DNA from: Candidatus Omnitrophota bacterium
Lineage (GTDB): Bacteria; Omnitrophota; Gorgyraeia; Zapsychrales; Zapsychraceae
NCBI GenBank assembly: GCA_035292445.1
Contig: DATDQB010000023.1
Location: 89,533 to 153,532, forward strand
DNA: 64,000 nt
Direction: 5' to 3'
The notes beneath the pieces were generated by a model, which did not search any database, was not told the origin of the DNA, and saw only the letters and a program-made list of their open reading frames with translations. The position numbers and the translations under genes were made by a program. Below, piece after piece: positions 1-9,171 of this stretch. Numbering within the stretch: position 1 is the stretch's first letter; every line of letters begins with the position of its first letter.

Positions 1-1900
1 GTTTTGAGTGAGAGCTGATCCATAACCAGCACAATTCGCAGAATTGGGAACACTGCCGCTGCAAGTGCAAGCCGTTACAGAACAGGATTGATTTGTATAT
101 GATCCTGACAGCGAGCCGTTGTTGCATGTGCGGGTCTCACTGACGCAAGAGCTGCCGCAAGAGACAGAAGAGGATTGATAGGCGGTGACGTTATTCCCGT
201 GAAGAACCGTTGCCCCCCACGGCGCCGTACAATTTTGCCCGCAAGAATTGGAATTAGGATTCCATGAGCCGTTGGTACAGGTATAACTGCACGCTCCGCT
301 ATAGCCGCCGATACAAGAACCGGCGGATTGCCCATGATTACTGGCCGTGAGGTTGCAGGTACCTATCGTTTGGGCCGTGCAAGGATCCCAGGGATTGCAG
401 GTGTTGGAAACTCTTGAAAGGCCGCCACTATTGCATTGGTATTGGCAAGAACCGTCTTCAGCGCAGCTTCCGCCCGATTGACCGCTATTAAGAGCCGGGA
501 CCGTGCATGCCGAAGCGCCTGAACCATAAGTTTTAGCAGGACAATTTGGCGCTACGCAAATTCCGCCTGTGTCTGGATCAAACGGCGGCCCTATGGGATT
601 GCTTGGGTCCTGGCAACAAGGATTGCCTCCGGGGGTTACAATATCTGAATCATTGCTGCAATGCCAGTCGCAGCAGCTGCCTCCGCCAACTTCTTCTGAA
701 ACGCATTCAAAGCAACCAACAAGAGAAGTGCAATCAACGATACCTGAACAGCCCCCTTGGCCGCATTGACCGGGTGTTCCACCACCACCGCAGGTATCAG
801 GGGAGGTACAGCTGCCGCAGTTAAGGGACCCTCCGCAAAGATCGCTTATGGTTCCGCAAGTAGCTCCTTGGGCGGCACAGGTTGTTGGCGTACACCCGCA
901 GACATTGGGCGTACCTCCGCCGCCACATGTTTCGGGTGAGGTACAACTCCCGCAGTTTAATGTCCCCCCGCAACCGTTGTTAATACCAGAGCCGCAATTA
1001 AATCCTAAGCTGTTGCAGGTAGCCGGCGTGCAGCAGCTGTTATTAAAACAGACTTGAGCGCCGCAGGAGCAATCAGCAGGGGAGTTCCCGCAGTTCTCAG
1101 CGCAGTTACATTGACCGTCATTAGGGTTGGTCCCGCAATCTTGACAACAGTTTGTGGATGTTTCCGGTTTATCCGCACAACAAATAACAAGGTCTCCACA
1201 GGCATCCGCGCAATCTTTGCATCCGAGCTGATTATTTATCGCTTCACCAGCATCTGCACAGCAAACGCTGTCATTATTATTGCCGCAATCTTCACAGCAT
1301 CCGGTTGTTGCAGTGTATGGGGTTTCACCAACGCTACAGATAGCATCTCCGCAGGGAGGCGTCACGGGGCAAGTCCCGTTGGCTTTCGTTTCGCCGGCAC
1401 CGGCGGCAGAAGCCGTTGATCGGCAGCATTCAGAGTTGCTGGGGGAAGACGTATCGGAAGGGCCAGCGCAATACCAATCACAGCAATTCGCAGGGCCCAA
1501 ATCGTCTAGCATGCCTTCTAGGATACAAGTGCCACAATTGCCGTCATGAGAGGCGCATAGGGACGTGTCACAGCAAGGGCCCACCGTGATTCCGGCCAAA
1601 TTTGATTGCCCACTGACAACGGCTTGGAGGAAACTTTCAAATTCCGTTAGTGTTTTTGTGGGGACAAAAATATCAAAACCGGAAGTATTGCTAATACACC
1701 AATAATTGGACACCCGTGTACCATCGGTAGCCGAGGTCGCGCCAAAAGATGACGTATATTGATCACAAGATGAAGAGTTTTGGCATTGAAACCCTCCGCC
1801 AGTGACGGGAATATTGCCGGGTAATTGGGCAAAGGCAAGCGAGGCCCAGCCCGCCATTAGTAGAAATATGAAAGCTGATTTTTTAAACCTTTGGTCGACC
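1..1900 (-). CDS. Giant cysteine-rich secreted repeat protein, tandem paralog (partial; start codon at 1898-1900, C-terminus runs off window start)
   Basis: The minus-strand frame from ATG 1898-1900 encodes MVDQRFKKSAFIFLLMAGWASLAFAQ..., nearly identical to the N-terminus of the 2014..6516 protein. My hand translation stays open for about 633 codons to position 1. It has the same Cys/Gly/Ser/Asn-rich modules (CGGTLNCGSCTSPETCGGGG, WGATVLHGNNVTAYQSSSVSCGSSC...SGSYTNQSC). Nucleotide identity blocks match 4541-6560. Confidence 0.6.
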
Positions 1901-1935
1901 ATGATTAAAATTGGCGCGCCTTAAGCTCCTCGATT
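1..1935. repeat. Segmental duplication, copy B (mosaic homolog of 4541-6560)
   Basis: Positions 1-60 are identical to 4541-4600. Conserved blocks (about 870-1080 vs 5541-5700; 1380-1935 vs 5960-6560) are interleaved with diverged blocks. The copy includes 35 nt homologous to the 3' end of the tail-fibre gene (1901-1935 vs 6517-6551). Confidence 0.8.
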
Positions 1936-2013
1936 TCTTTTTGACGGGGAGATCTGACCCCAGTTATTCTTTCAAAAATTAGGAAGATGTGAGAAGCGAC
2001 ACCATTTTTTTTC

Positions 2014-5000
2014 TTATCCTAATGAACACGATTCAAAGGGGTATCCAGGGCAATCTGTATCAGTGCAACATGGGCCGCCTCCTTGATCACACGAAAGCAA
2101 AGGCGGACACCAAACCCAGTTGCTACAATTATCTTGTACCGAGCCACAACCAGTCGGGCTCCATCCGTCGCAAGGATCAATAGGGACGCAAGACTGTGAG
2201 CAATTATCGGACTGGCTGGTCCAGTTGCCTCCGCTGTCACAAAAAGCACTCACCGTACCGCTGCAGCCACCCGGGCAGGCGTTCGGTCCCCAATTTGTGT
2301 TGGCTGTCCAACCACCAGGAAGCGTTACGCTGCCGCAGCCATTGCCGGTGGTATAACCTTGCGAAGAGCAGGTTGGCGGGCCCCCGCTGCAAGTCGAGCT
2401 TGTCGGTCCGGACCATACAGAATTTTCACAATCATAGCTAGCCGATCCCGTATCTGGTCCAGTTGAATCAGTGACAGTGGTAGAATTACCGCTGGCCGCT
2501 CCTGTCGTACTACCTGAACAATTAAAACCGCCGGCGCTCCAATTCATTGGTTGAACACCGCAAGCCAGCTTGTATGCCGTACAGATACCAGAGTTAGTAC
2601 AAGGAGGGCCTGAGGCCAGACATTGCCAACGCCACTCGAATGTCGCATCGATCGGGCTAGTGTCTATGGTTCCGGAGGAACAGCCAACGGCTTGTGAAGG
2701 TTGCGAGCCATATGTTCCCGGCGTACTGCCACAAACACCGTTAGTGCAAGGAGCATTACATGTAGCATTAGGCGTGCTGTCACAACAGGATATGGTACCG
2801 TTGGCGGCCGAACCCCCAAAACACAAAGCATCTTCGTCCCCTGAAGTATTACAAGTACCGCTGGTGCCAATCGGGGTCCACGAACCGGAAGAGCATTGGT
2901 ATTCCTGCGTTCCTGAGGTCGTATCGCAAATACTTGATGGACCAGGACTTTTACAGCAGAATGAAGCCCCCTGAGCATGCGTACCTGAAGTACATTGGGC
3001 ATCGGGAAGGGTGTTTGTCCCGTTGCAGCCCGTTCCCCCGCTTGTCCATCCGCTGAATGAGCAAGTATAAGCATTAAGCTGATCGCAGATATAGTTTTGC
3101 CCCGATGTCCAAATGGCCCAACCTCCCGCTGCTCTGGGTTCGCCGCAATAGGCATCGAAAGAGCCGGTAAAATTATCCTGTTCGTTGACAATATAATGAA
3201 ATTCTCCACAACGGCCATCCGCAGGTGTTATACCTTGACAGAAAGTTTGCCAGCCCTTCAATTGTCCACCAGGGCAGCCATCACAACAGTTTTTATAGGT
3301 ATAACTGCCGGAGAGCGTACCTGCCGTACAGGTGCGTGTTTGCGATCTAGAAGAGCATGATGTGTCCCATGTCGGTGTAGGTAGAGGCGTGGGTTCTGAA
3401 TAGGCCGTTACACTTTGAGTGTTCAGTACGGTATCAGGGCCGGCATCCGACCAGGTAATTGGACAGTCTTGGATGCTGGCTTGACAAACGTTGCCTGAAC
3501 AATTATTGCTGCAGCATTGGCTATTAGCTGTACAACCGGCACCGTCACTGCAACAGGAGGTGTTACAAGCTTGTGAGCTTGATCCAGAACAGTTGGCGCC
3601 GCCGCACGAAGGAGCAGGATTATCGCAAGTACGTGTTTGGGTACCACCGCCGCAAGATACGGAACAAGCGCTCCAACCGGACCATCCGCCATTAACAGGG
3701 GAACAGCTGAAGTTACAAGTGCCCCCTGGACAATCAGCGGCGCCTGTACAACATTTGTACAAATTCGAGCATACTCCTTGACCGACCGGACAACAGCCCC
3801 AATACCAGTCGGTAGTACAAGTGTTGCCGCAGGCACCCACAGGAGTTGCTCCGGTGCAACCCGGCGCGCTAGGACCTACACACTTCAGACCGCTGGCACA
3901 AGTCTTGTTGGTACATTGGTTGGCAGCATTACACCAGTTAGCTCCACAGGTAATTGAACAGGACGCATTTGTATATGAACCGGATAAGCTCCCATCATCA
4001 CAAGTACGTGTTTCACTGATACAGGTACACTGCTCTGTACCATTCAAATAAGCGGTAACTGAACTGCCAGAACTGATGCTTCCTCCCCAAGGTAAATTAC
4101 AAGGATTCTTGGTTTTCGAGCACATGCCGCTGGGTGAACAGCCAAGCCCTTGAGGAGAATCGTCACAATGCCATCGCCATTCCGCAGAAGTATCACCATA
4201 AGTTGCCTGGCTAGGAGTCCCTTGGGTACAGCCATCCACAACACTGTTATCGCATTGACCGTTGTCACATATCCCACAACTTTCCTCTGCGCCCGGACAG
4301 CTTGGAGAGCCTGTGCATTGAGTATTAGTGCAATATGTATTGCCGTCATCGCTACAAGTGGTGCAGTCTGTGCCTGCGCCACCATCACAGCATATAAGAT
4401 TAGCCGCTATGGGTGTTCCGTTGTATCCCACGCAACTGTTACAAACACATGAACCTCCGGAGGCCGTGTAACCGTTAATACATGTAACAGCGCAATGATC
4501 GCCCCCTCCAGGACAAGAGGAAACAGCTGTTGCCGTTCTGTTTTGAGTGAGAGCTGATCCATAACCAGCACAATTCGCAGAATTGGGAACACTGCCGCTG
4601 CAAGTGCAAGTCGTTACTGAACATGACTGGTTCGTATAAGAACCGGATAAAACGTCGTTATTACATGAGCGGGTCTCACTGGCGCAGGAGCTGCCGCAAG
4701 ACACGGAAGAGGATTGATAGGCGGTGACGTTATTCCCGTGAAGAACGGTCGCCCCCCACGGCGCCGTACAATTTGCCGAACAATTATTTGTTTTATTGAC
4801 CCAAAGACCGACGTTGTTACAATCCGCGCTGACCGTTCCGGTACAATTTCCCGGGCAGGCTGTTGAATAGGGAGTGCTTAGCGCTTGACCGCCCGGCAAG
4901 GTGACATTACCACAGCCGTTGCTGGTCGTGTAGGCTTCGTCAAGACAGGCTGACCCTACGCACGTAAAGTTGACTGTGGCCCCGTTCACCGAATAGTTAA

Positions 5001-6516
5001 AAGTTTGACCGTTACTTAACCCGGGATGGGCGGTCGTAAGGACGTTCCCTGCACAGAACGGCCCGAAAGTATTGTTATCGTCGTCTGTATATAAACTAAC
5101 GCTGGCAGGATCTCCGCTGCCGGAAGTCAGTCCTCCCGGGTTGGCGCATACTCCAGCCGGCGCGCGATCCGAACGCGACCAGCTGGTGGCGTTGTTAGCG
5201 CCGGAGCCCGAGACATTCCAAAGCGCGGCAAAGGTGCCGCTTCCTCCAACAATGGCCCGGGTATTGCACGTTACGCTGCTCTCATTGCCCCAGCAATCCA
5301 TACGCAAACATCCTGAACCTGATCCAGGACTGGAAGGGTTACAATTAGCATCGCAAGCGCCTGTACAACCAAAGCCAGACCCGTTACAGGCGGCACCGGC
5401 CGAGCCCTTGCAATTGGGGGTATAATCCCCGCACGTATCAAATGTATTATGACAACAGCCCGAGCAGCATTCATCATTTTGGCTACACGGGTCACTATCG
5501 GCAAAACATGAAGGAGTACCACAAACGTTTGCAACGCCGCCACCGCCGCATGATTCGGGAAATGTACAACTCCCGCAATTTAATGTCCCCCCACAACCGT
5601 TGTTAATACCAGAGCCGCAATTAAATCCTAAGCTGTTGCAGGTAGCCGGTGTGCAGCAGCTGTTATTAAAACAGACTTGAGGGTTGGTACAGGCGCAGTC
5701 GGCAGGCGAGTTGCCGCAATTTTCGCTGCAGTTACACGCGCCATCATTGGTTTGCGACCCGCAATCCTGGCAGCACGTATCAGATCGTTCATTCAGATCC
5801 GCACAACAAATGACGGTGTCTCCGCAGGTATCCGCGCAATCAGAGCAGTATCTCTGATCATTTACTACCTCTCCATCGGCGGGGCAGCAAAAGCCGTCAC
5901 TGTCTGTGCCGCAGTCCTGACAGCAAGCGGGGTTAAAGACTTCACCAACGCTACAGATAGTATCGCCGCAGGGAGGCGTCACGGGGCAAGTACCGTTGGC
6001 CTTAGTTTCAAGGGGGCCGGCGGCAGAAGCGGTGGACCGGCAACACTCAGTACCGTTATTTTGGGCAGACGTATCGGAAGGGCCAGCGCAATACCAATCA
6101 CAGCAATTCCCTCGCCCTAACATGCCTTCATCGACACAGGTGCCACAATTGCCGTCATGCGGGGCGCATAAAGTAGTGTCACAGCAAGGGCCCACCGTGA
6201 TTCCGGCCAAATTTGATTGCCCGCTGACAGCGGCTTGGAGGAAACTTTCAAATTCCGCTTGTGTTTTGGTGGGGACAAAAATGTCAAAACCGGAAGTATT
6301 GATAATACACCAATAATTGGATACTCTTGTCCCATCGGTAGCCGAGCTCGAGCCAAAAGATGATGTATTGAGGTCACAATAAGGCGTATTACTTGGGCAT
6401 TGAAACCCTCCACCAGTGATGGGAATATTGCCGGGTGTTTGAGCAAAGGCAAGCGAGGCCCAGCCTGCTATCAGCAGAAATGTGAGAATTGATTTTTTAA
6501 ACCTTTGGTCAACCAT
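2014..6516 (-). CDS. Giant (1500 aa) secreted cysteine-rich modular protein with a thrombospondin type-1 repeat and internal repeated modules; likely surface adhesin/fibre component
   Basis: Single long ORF with an N-terminal signal peptide (MVDQRFKKSILTFLLIAGWASLAFAQ). Cys is roughly 15%. A canonical TSP1 motif (WSGWSACSVSCGGGTQTRTCDNPAPSCGG) lies at about nt 3547-3690. It is tightly coupled to the upstream tail-fibre gene (2-nt gap). Repeated modules: three WG..SVTAY...SGSYTN..SC, two GCG.VTLPGG, two EWRW.C. Confidence 0.75.
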   Translation of the reverse strand: MVDQRFKKSILTFLLIAGWASLAFAQTPGNIPITGGGFQCPSNTPYCDLNTSSFGSSSATDGTRVSNYWCIINTSGFDIFVPTKTQAEFESFLQAAVSGQSNLAGITVGPCCDTTLCAPHDGNCGTCVDEGMLGRGNCCDWYCAGPSDTSAQNNGTECCRSTASAAGPLETKANGTCPVTPPCGDTICSVGEVFNPACCQDCGTDSDGFCCPADGEVVNDQRYCSDCADTCGDTVICCADLNERSDTCCQDCGSQTNDGACNCSENCGNSPADCACTNPQVCFNNSCCTPATCNSLGFNCGSGINNGCGGTLNCGSCTFPESCGGGGVANVCGTPSCFADSDPCSQNDECCSGCCHNTFDTCGDYTPNCKGSAGAACNGSGFGCTGACDANCNPSSPGSGSGCLRMDCWGNESSVTCNTRAIVGGSGTFAALWNVSGSGANNATSWSRSDRAPAGVCANPGGLTSGSGDPASVSLYTDDDNNTFGPFCAGNVLTTAHPGLSNGQTFNYSVNGATVNFTCVGSACLDEAYTTSNGCGNVTLPGGQALSTPYSTACPGNCTGTVSADCNNVGLWVNKTNNCSANCTAPWGATVLHGNNVTAYQSSSVSCGSSCASETRSCNNDVLSGSYTNQSCSVTTCTCSGSVPNSANCAGYGSALTQNRTATAVSSCPGGGDHCAVTCINGYTASGGSCVCNSCVGYNGTPIAANLICCDGGAGTDCTTCSDDGNTYCTNTQCTGSPSCPGAEESCGICDNGQCDNSVVDGCTQGTPSQATYGDTSAEWRWHCDDSPQGLGCSPSGMCSKTKNPCNLPWGGSISSGSSVTAYLNGTEQCTCISETRTCDDGSLSGSYTNASCSITCGANWCNAANQCTNKTCASGLKCVGPSAPGCTGATPVGACGNTCTTDWYWGCCPVGQGVCSNLYKCCTGAADCPGGTCNFSCSPVNGGWSGWSACSVSCGGGTQTRTCDNPAPSCGGANCSGSSSQACNTSCCSDGAGCTANSQCCSNNCSGNVCQASIQDCPITWSDAGPDTVLNTQSVTAYSEPTPLPTPTWDTSCSSRSQTRTCTAGTLSGSYTYKNCCDGCPGGQLKGWQTFCQGITPADGRCGEFHYIVNEQDNFTGSFDAYCGEPRAAGGWAIWTSGQNYICDQLNAYTCSFSGWTSGGTGCNGTNTLPDAQCTSGTHAQGASFCCKSPGPSSICDTTSGTQEYQCSSGSWTPIGTSGTCNTSGDEDALCFGGSAANGTISCCDSTPNATCNAPCTNGVCGSTPGTYGSQPSQAVGCSSGTIDTSPIDATFEWRWQCLASGPPCTNSGICTAYKLACGVQPMNWSAGGFNCSGSTTGAASGNSTTVTDSTGPDTGSASYDCENSVWSGPTSSTCSGGPPTCSSQGYTTGNGCGSVTLPGGWTANTNWGPNACPGGCSGTVSAFCDSGGNWTSQSDNCSQSCVPIDPCDGWSPTGCGSVQDNCSNWVWCPPLLSCDQGGGPCCTDTDCPGYPFESCSLG

Positions 6517-6560
6517 GATTAAAATTGACGCGCCTTAAGCTCCTCGATTTCTTTTTTTAA
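4541..6560. repeat. Segmental duplication, copy A (5' third of the giant gene plus the tail-fibre gene 3' end)
   Basis: Homologous to 1-1935; see copy B. Confidence 0.8.
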
Positions 6561-7784
6561 CGCTTCGATTTGCGCCTGTTGTTCTTTAACGGCTTGGATG
6601 AGCGGCGCAACGAGATTTCCGATCTTCACTGTTTTCATTTTTGTTTGTGGATTTGTAGCCACCAATTCCGGTAAAACAGTTTCAACATTTTGGGCGGTCA
6701 CACCCACATCGGCAACGCCGTTTTCTTTCCAGTTAAACTTAACGCCCTCCAGCTTCATAATGGTATCTAGGCCGGAGACGGGTTTGATATTTTCTTTAAG
6801 ATTTTCATCTGAGACATAAAAAAAAGCATGCGCGGTTACATTGCCAGAGCCAGTACCAACAGTATTATTTGTGGTCACATATAAATCTCCTCTGATCCAA
6901 GTTATTCCATTAGCATTGGTTCCAGGGAGAATAGTTGCGCTATCACCCACAAGAAGTCGGGGGGAGGCAACGGCTGTGTTAGGTATAGCGCCTGGAGTCC
7001 CGCCAATGCCGACGTTGCCGGCGTTATTTATTGCGACTCGTTCCAGATTGTTTGTGCCAAATCTCAGAAGGCCATTCTCGTAGTTCCATATTTGACCATC
7101 AGCTGCGGTGTACTGTTCAAAAATCAGCCCATCGGTGGCAGTGATACCTGTGCCACTATTCGTGGAGCGCACAGTTCCCCCACTCGTCGCCGCAGCATTA
7201 TGAATATGCAATTTACTATTTGCTGTCGTCGTCCCGATGCCGACGTTGCCGGCGTTATTTATTCTGACTCGTTCCGCATTATTTGTGCCAAATCTCAGAT
7301 AGCCATTCTCGTAGTTCCATATTTGACCATCAGCTGCAGTGTTTTGTTCAAAAATCAGCCCATCGGTGGCAGTGATACCTGTGCCACTATTCGTGGAGCG
7401 CACAGTTCCCCCACTCGTCGCCGCAGCATTATGAATATGCAATTTACTATTTGCTGTCGTCGTCCCGATGCCGACGTTATTGGTTGCTGTCGACAAATGG
7501 ACGTAGCCGGGGCCGCCAACGGTATAGGACCATAAATCATAAACAGGGCTGACGACGCCTGCGGCGGTGCACATCATTAATTGATTGCTGTTATTGATCC
7601 ATAAAAGTCCTGTATTGCCGGAGGCGCCGGAAACGCAAGTAGGAACTGACGCTGTGGGGACAAGGCGGAGCTGGTTATACACACCGAAAGGAGCGGGGTA
7701 ATAGGTGGATAATGAAAGCGTTTCGGCATGGGCGATCAAGGAGAGGTTTACAATAAAGATGGTAAGAAAGAATACTTTCTTCAT
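6519..7784 (-). CDS. Tail-fibre-like secreted protein with C-terminal S74-type intramolecular chaperone (endosialidase chaperone) domain
   Basis: Signal peptide (MKKVFFLTIFIVNLSLIAHA). Repetitive NVGIGTTTANSKLHIHN... fibre-like repeats. The C-terminus (VSDENLKENIKPVSGLDTIMKLEGVKFNWKENG...GNLVAPLIQAVKEQQAQIEALKKEIEELKARQF) is typical of the self-cleaving chaperone domain of phage tail spikes and bacterial fibre proteins. The stop lies 2 nt from the start of the giant gene. Confidence 0.8.
   Translation of the reverse strand: MKKVFFLTIFIVNLSLIAHAETLSLSTYYPAPFGVYNQLRLVPTASVPTCVSGASGNTGLLWINNSNQLMMCTAAGVVSPVYDLWSYTVGGPGYVHLSTATNNVGIGTTTANSKLHIHNAAATSGGTVRSTNSGTGITATDGLIFEQNTAADGQIWNYENGYLRFGTNNAERVRINNAGNVGIGTTTANSKLHIHNAAATSGGTVRSTNSGTGITATDGLIFEQYTAADGQIWNYENGLLRFGTNNLERVAINNAGNVGIGGTPGAIPNTAVASPRLLVGDSATILPGTNANGITWIRGDLYVTTNNTVGTGSGNVTAHAFFYVSDENLKENIKPVSGLDTIMKLEGVKFNWKENGVADVGVTAQNVETVLPELVATNPQTKMKTVKIGNLVAPLIQAVKEQQAQIEALKKEIEELKARQF
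7011..7472. repeat. Near-perfect 231-bp tandem repeat (2 copies, 77 aa each) inside the tail-fibre-like gene
   Basis: The protein block GIGTTTANSKLHIHNAAATSGGTVRSTNSGTGITATDGLIFEQNTAADGQIWNYENGYLRFGTNNAERVRINNAGNV is duplicated with 4 aa differences. DNA copies are nearly identical, offset by 231 nt (the gccgacgttgccggcgttattta motif occurs at 7008 and 7239). Confidence 0.9.
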
Positions 7785-7883
7785 TTTTTATACCTCGCAG
7801 ATAAAATATTTTTATTAAACTTAGTATCTATCTATCCTATAGTAAAGTCAAGAAGATACCTGATTTTTTGGGGTATTTATCAA

Positions 7884-7916
7884 ATAAAAAAACCTATTCT
7901 TTTGAAAGAATAGGTT
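7884..7916 (-). terminator. Rho-independent terminator (minus strand)
   Basis: Perfect inverted repeat aacctattcttt/aaagaataggtt. On the minus strand it is followed by a T7 run (plus-strand aaaaaaa at 7884-7890). Confidence 0.6.
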
Positions 7917-8215
7917 TAGGAGATTCTCGATGTCTGCAACTGGCTATCCTGACCGTCAATAGCGATCGAGGACCCTATAGCTTTGTTCCTGCTTCGCCAA
8001 AGCGCTTTCGCCTTTGGCTTCGCAGGACTCTGCGAAGCTCAAACATGAAAATTTTTGAGCGTAGCAGAGGCCCTATCCTTTCAGATAGTTTACCTTTGAA
8101 GACAACTTGTCAATATGTATCAATGGACAACCCAATGCTTATATAAAGTATTTAATATATATATGGAAAAGTCAACCTGTACTTGTCGAAGGACCGGGGC
8201 AGCTAAAAGGGGGCT

Positions 8216-9163
8216 TTAAGACGATACCGGGCCCCGTTTATCCCGGACAAAGTTGCTTTTATCCTGGGTCTTGGCAAAGCGCTTGAGCTCGGCCCCGATC
8301 TCGGAAATCTGGGCCACATGGGTGATCTTTTGGGCGGTATTACTGACGACCCCGATGGATACGGACAATAAGCCGAATTTTTGCGTTTGGCCCTGGCGGT
8401 CTTTGGCCACGATATAGCCCCGTTCGAGGTCTTCTTTGGAATAAAACGACGGCACCTTTTTATCAAAATCCTTAATTACGGCTTTGCAGACATTGTCCAT
8501 AACGGCATCTTCAGTAATGAACACATAATCATCGCCGCCGATATGGCCGATAAAAGCGTCTTGCCCGCCGATATTGCGGACGTTCTTGATGAGGATACGG
8601 GCCAATTCTTTAATGACCTCATCGCCTTTTTCAAATCCATACTTATCGTTGTAGGCCTTGAATTTGTCGATATCCGCGTAGCCGACGGCGAAAGGCTTGC
8701 CCGATTCGATCTGATGGCTCATCTCTTCCATGATGGAGGTGTTGCCTGGAAGATGCGTCAGGGGGCTTGCATCCAGGCTGCGGCTGGTGCGCCGCAGGAT
8801 CATTTTGATGCGCGCCAGAAGCTCATCCGGCGCGAAGGGCTTGACCATGTAATCATCGACGCCGGCTTCAATGCCGTCGATCCTGTCTTTGACCTCGCCT
8901 TTTCCGGTCAGCATGATGACGGGGATGTGGGAAAGGAGGATGTCTTTCTTCAAAAGCCTGCAAAATTCGCGGCCGTTCATGACCGGCATCATGTAATCGC
9001 AAAGGATAAGATCCGGCAGTTTTTGCTGGACGAGCTTTAAGCCTTCTTCGCCGTTTCTCGCCTGAAAGACCTCATAATTCTCGGACAACGTCAGGTCCAG
9101 GACATCCAGGATGTCCGGGTCGTCGTCGACCGTAACAATTTTTTCTTTTCTCGAAGTAGGCAT
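8216..9163 (-). CDS. Response regulator, REC + GGDEF-type diguanylate cyclase domain (active-site motif reads GGDDY)
   Basis: The N-terminus has receiver hallmarks (VDDDPDILDVL, LILCDYMMP, MLTGKG). The C-terminus is a GGDEF fold (YADIDKFKAYNDKYGFEKGDEVIKELA...GHIGGDDYVFI). Confidence 0.85.
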   Translation of the reverse strand: MPTSRKEKIVTVDDDPDILDVLDLTLSENYEVFQARNGEEGLKLVQQKLPDLILCDYMMPVMNGREFCRLLKKDILLSHIPVIMLTGKGEVKDRIDGIEAGVDDYMVKPFAPDELLARIKMILRRTSRSLDASPLTHLPGNTSIMEEMSHQIESGKPFAVGYADIDKFKAYNDKYGFEKGDEVIKELARILIKNVRNIGGQDAFIGHIGGDDYVFITEDAVMDNVCKAVIKDFDKKVPSFYSKEDLERGYIVAKDRQGQTQKFGLLSVSIGVVSNTAQKITHVAQISEIGAELKRFAKTQDKSNFVRDKRGPVSS

Positions 9164-9171
9164 TTTAATAT

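Noticed and set aside
546-6316. Many 60-150-aa plus-strand ORFs (for example 1054..1419, 2570..2974, 5677..6120) across the first 6.5 kb
   Set aside because: They are antisense or alternate-frame artefacts of the GC-rich, repetitive giant genes on the minus strand. The 4.5-kb minus-strand ORF with a signal peptide and domain motifs explains the region.
2014-7784. Possibility that the duplicated, mosaic giant genes are targets of a diversity-generating retroelement
   Set aside because: No reverse transcriptase gene, no template-repeat/variable-repeat pair with adenine-specific differences, and the differences between the copies are block-wise, not A-site-specific.
7868-8146. 92-aa ORF in the intergenic region
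   Set aside because: No RBS, and it is an arginine/serine-rich low-complexity translation. The region is better explained as structured non-coding RNA.
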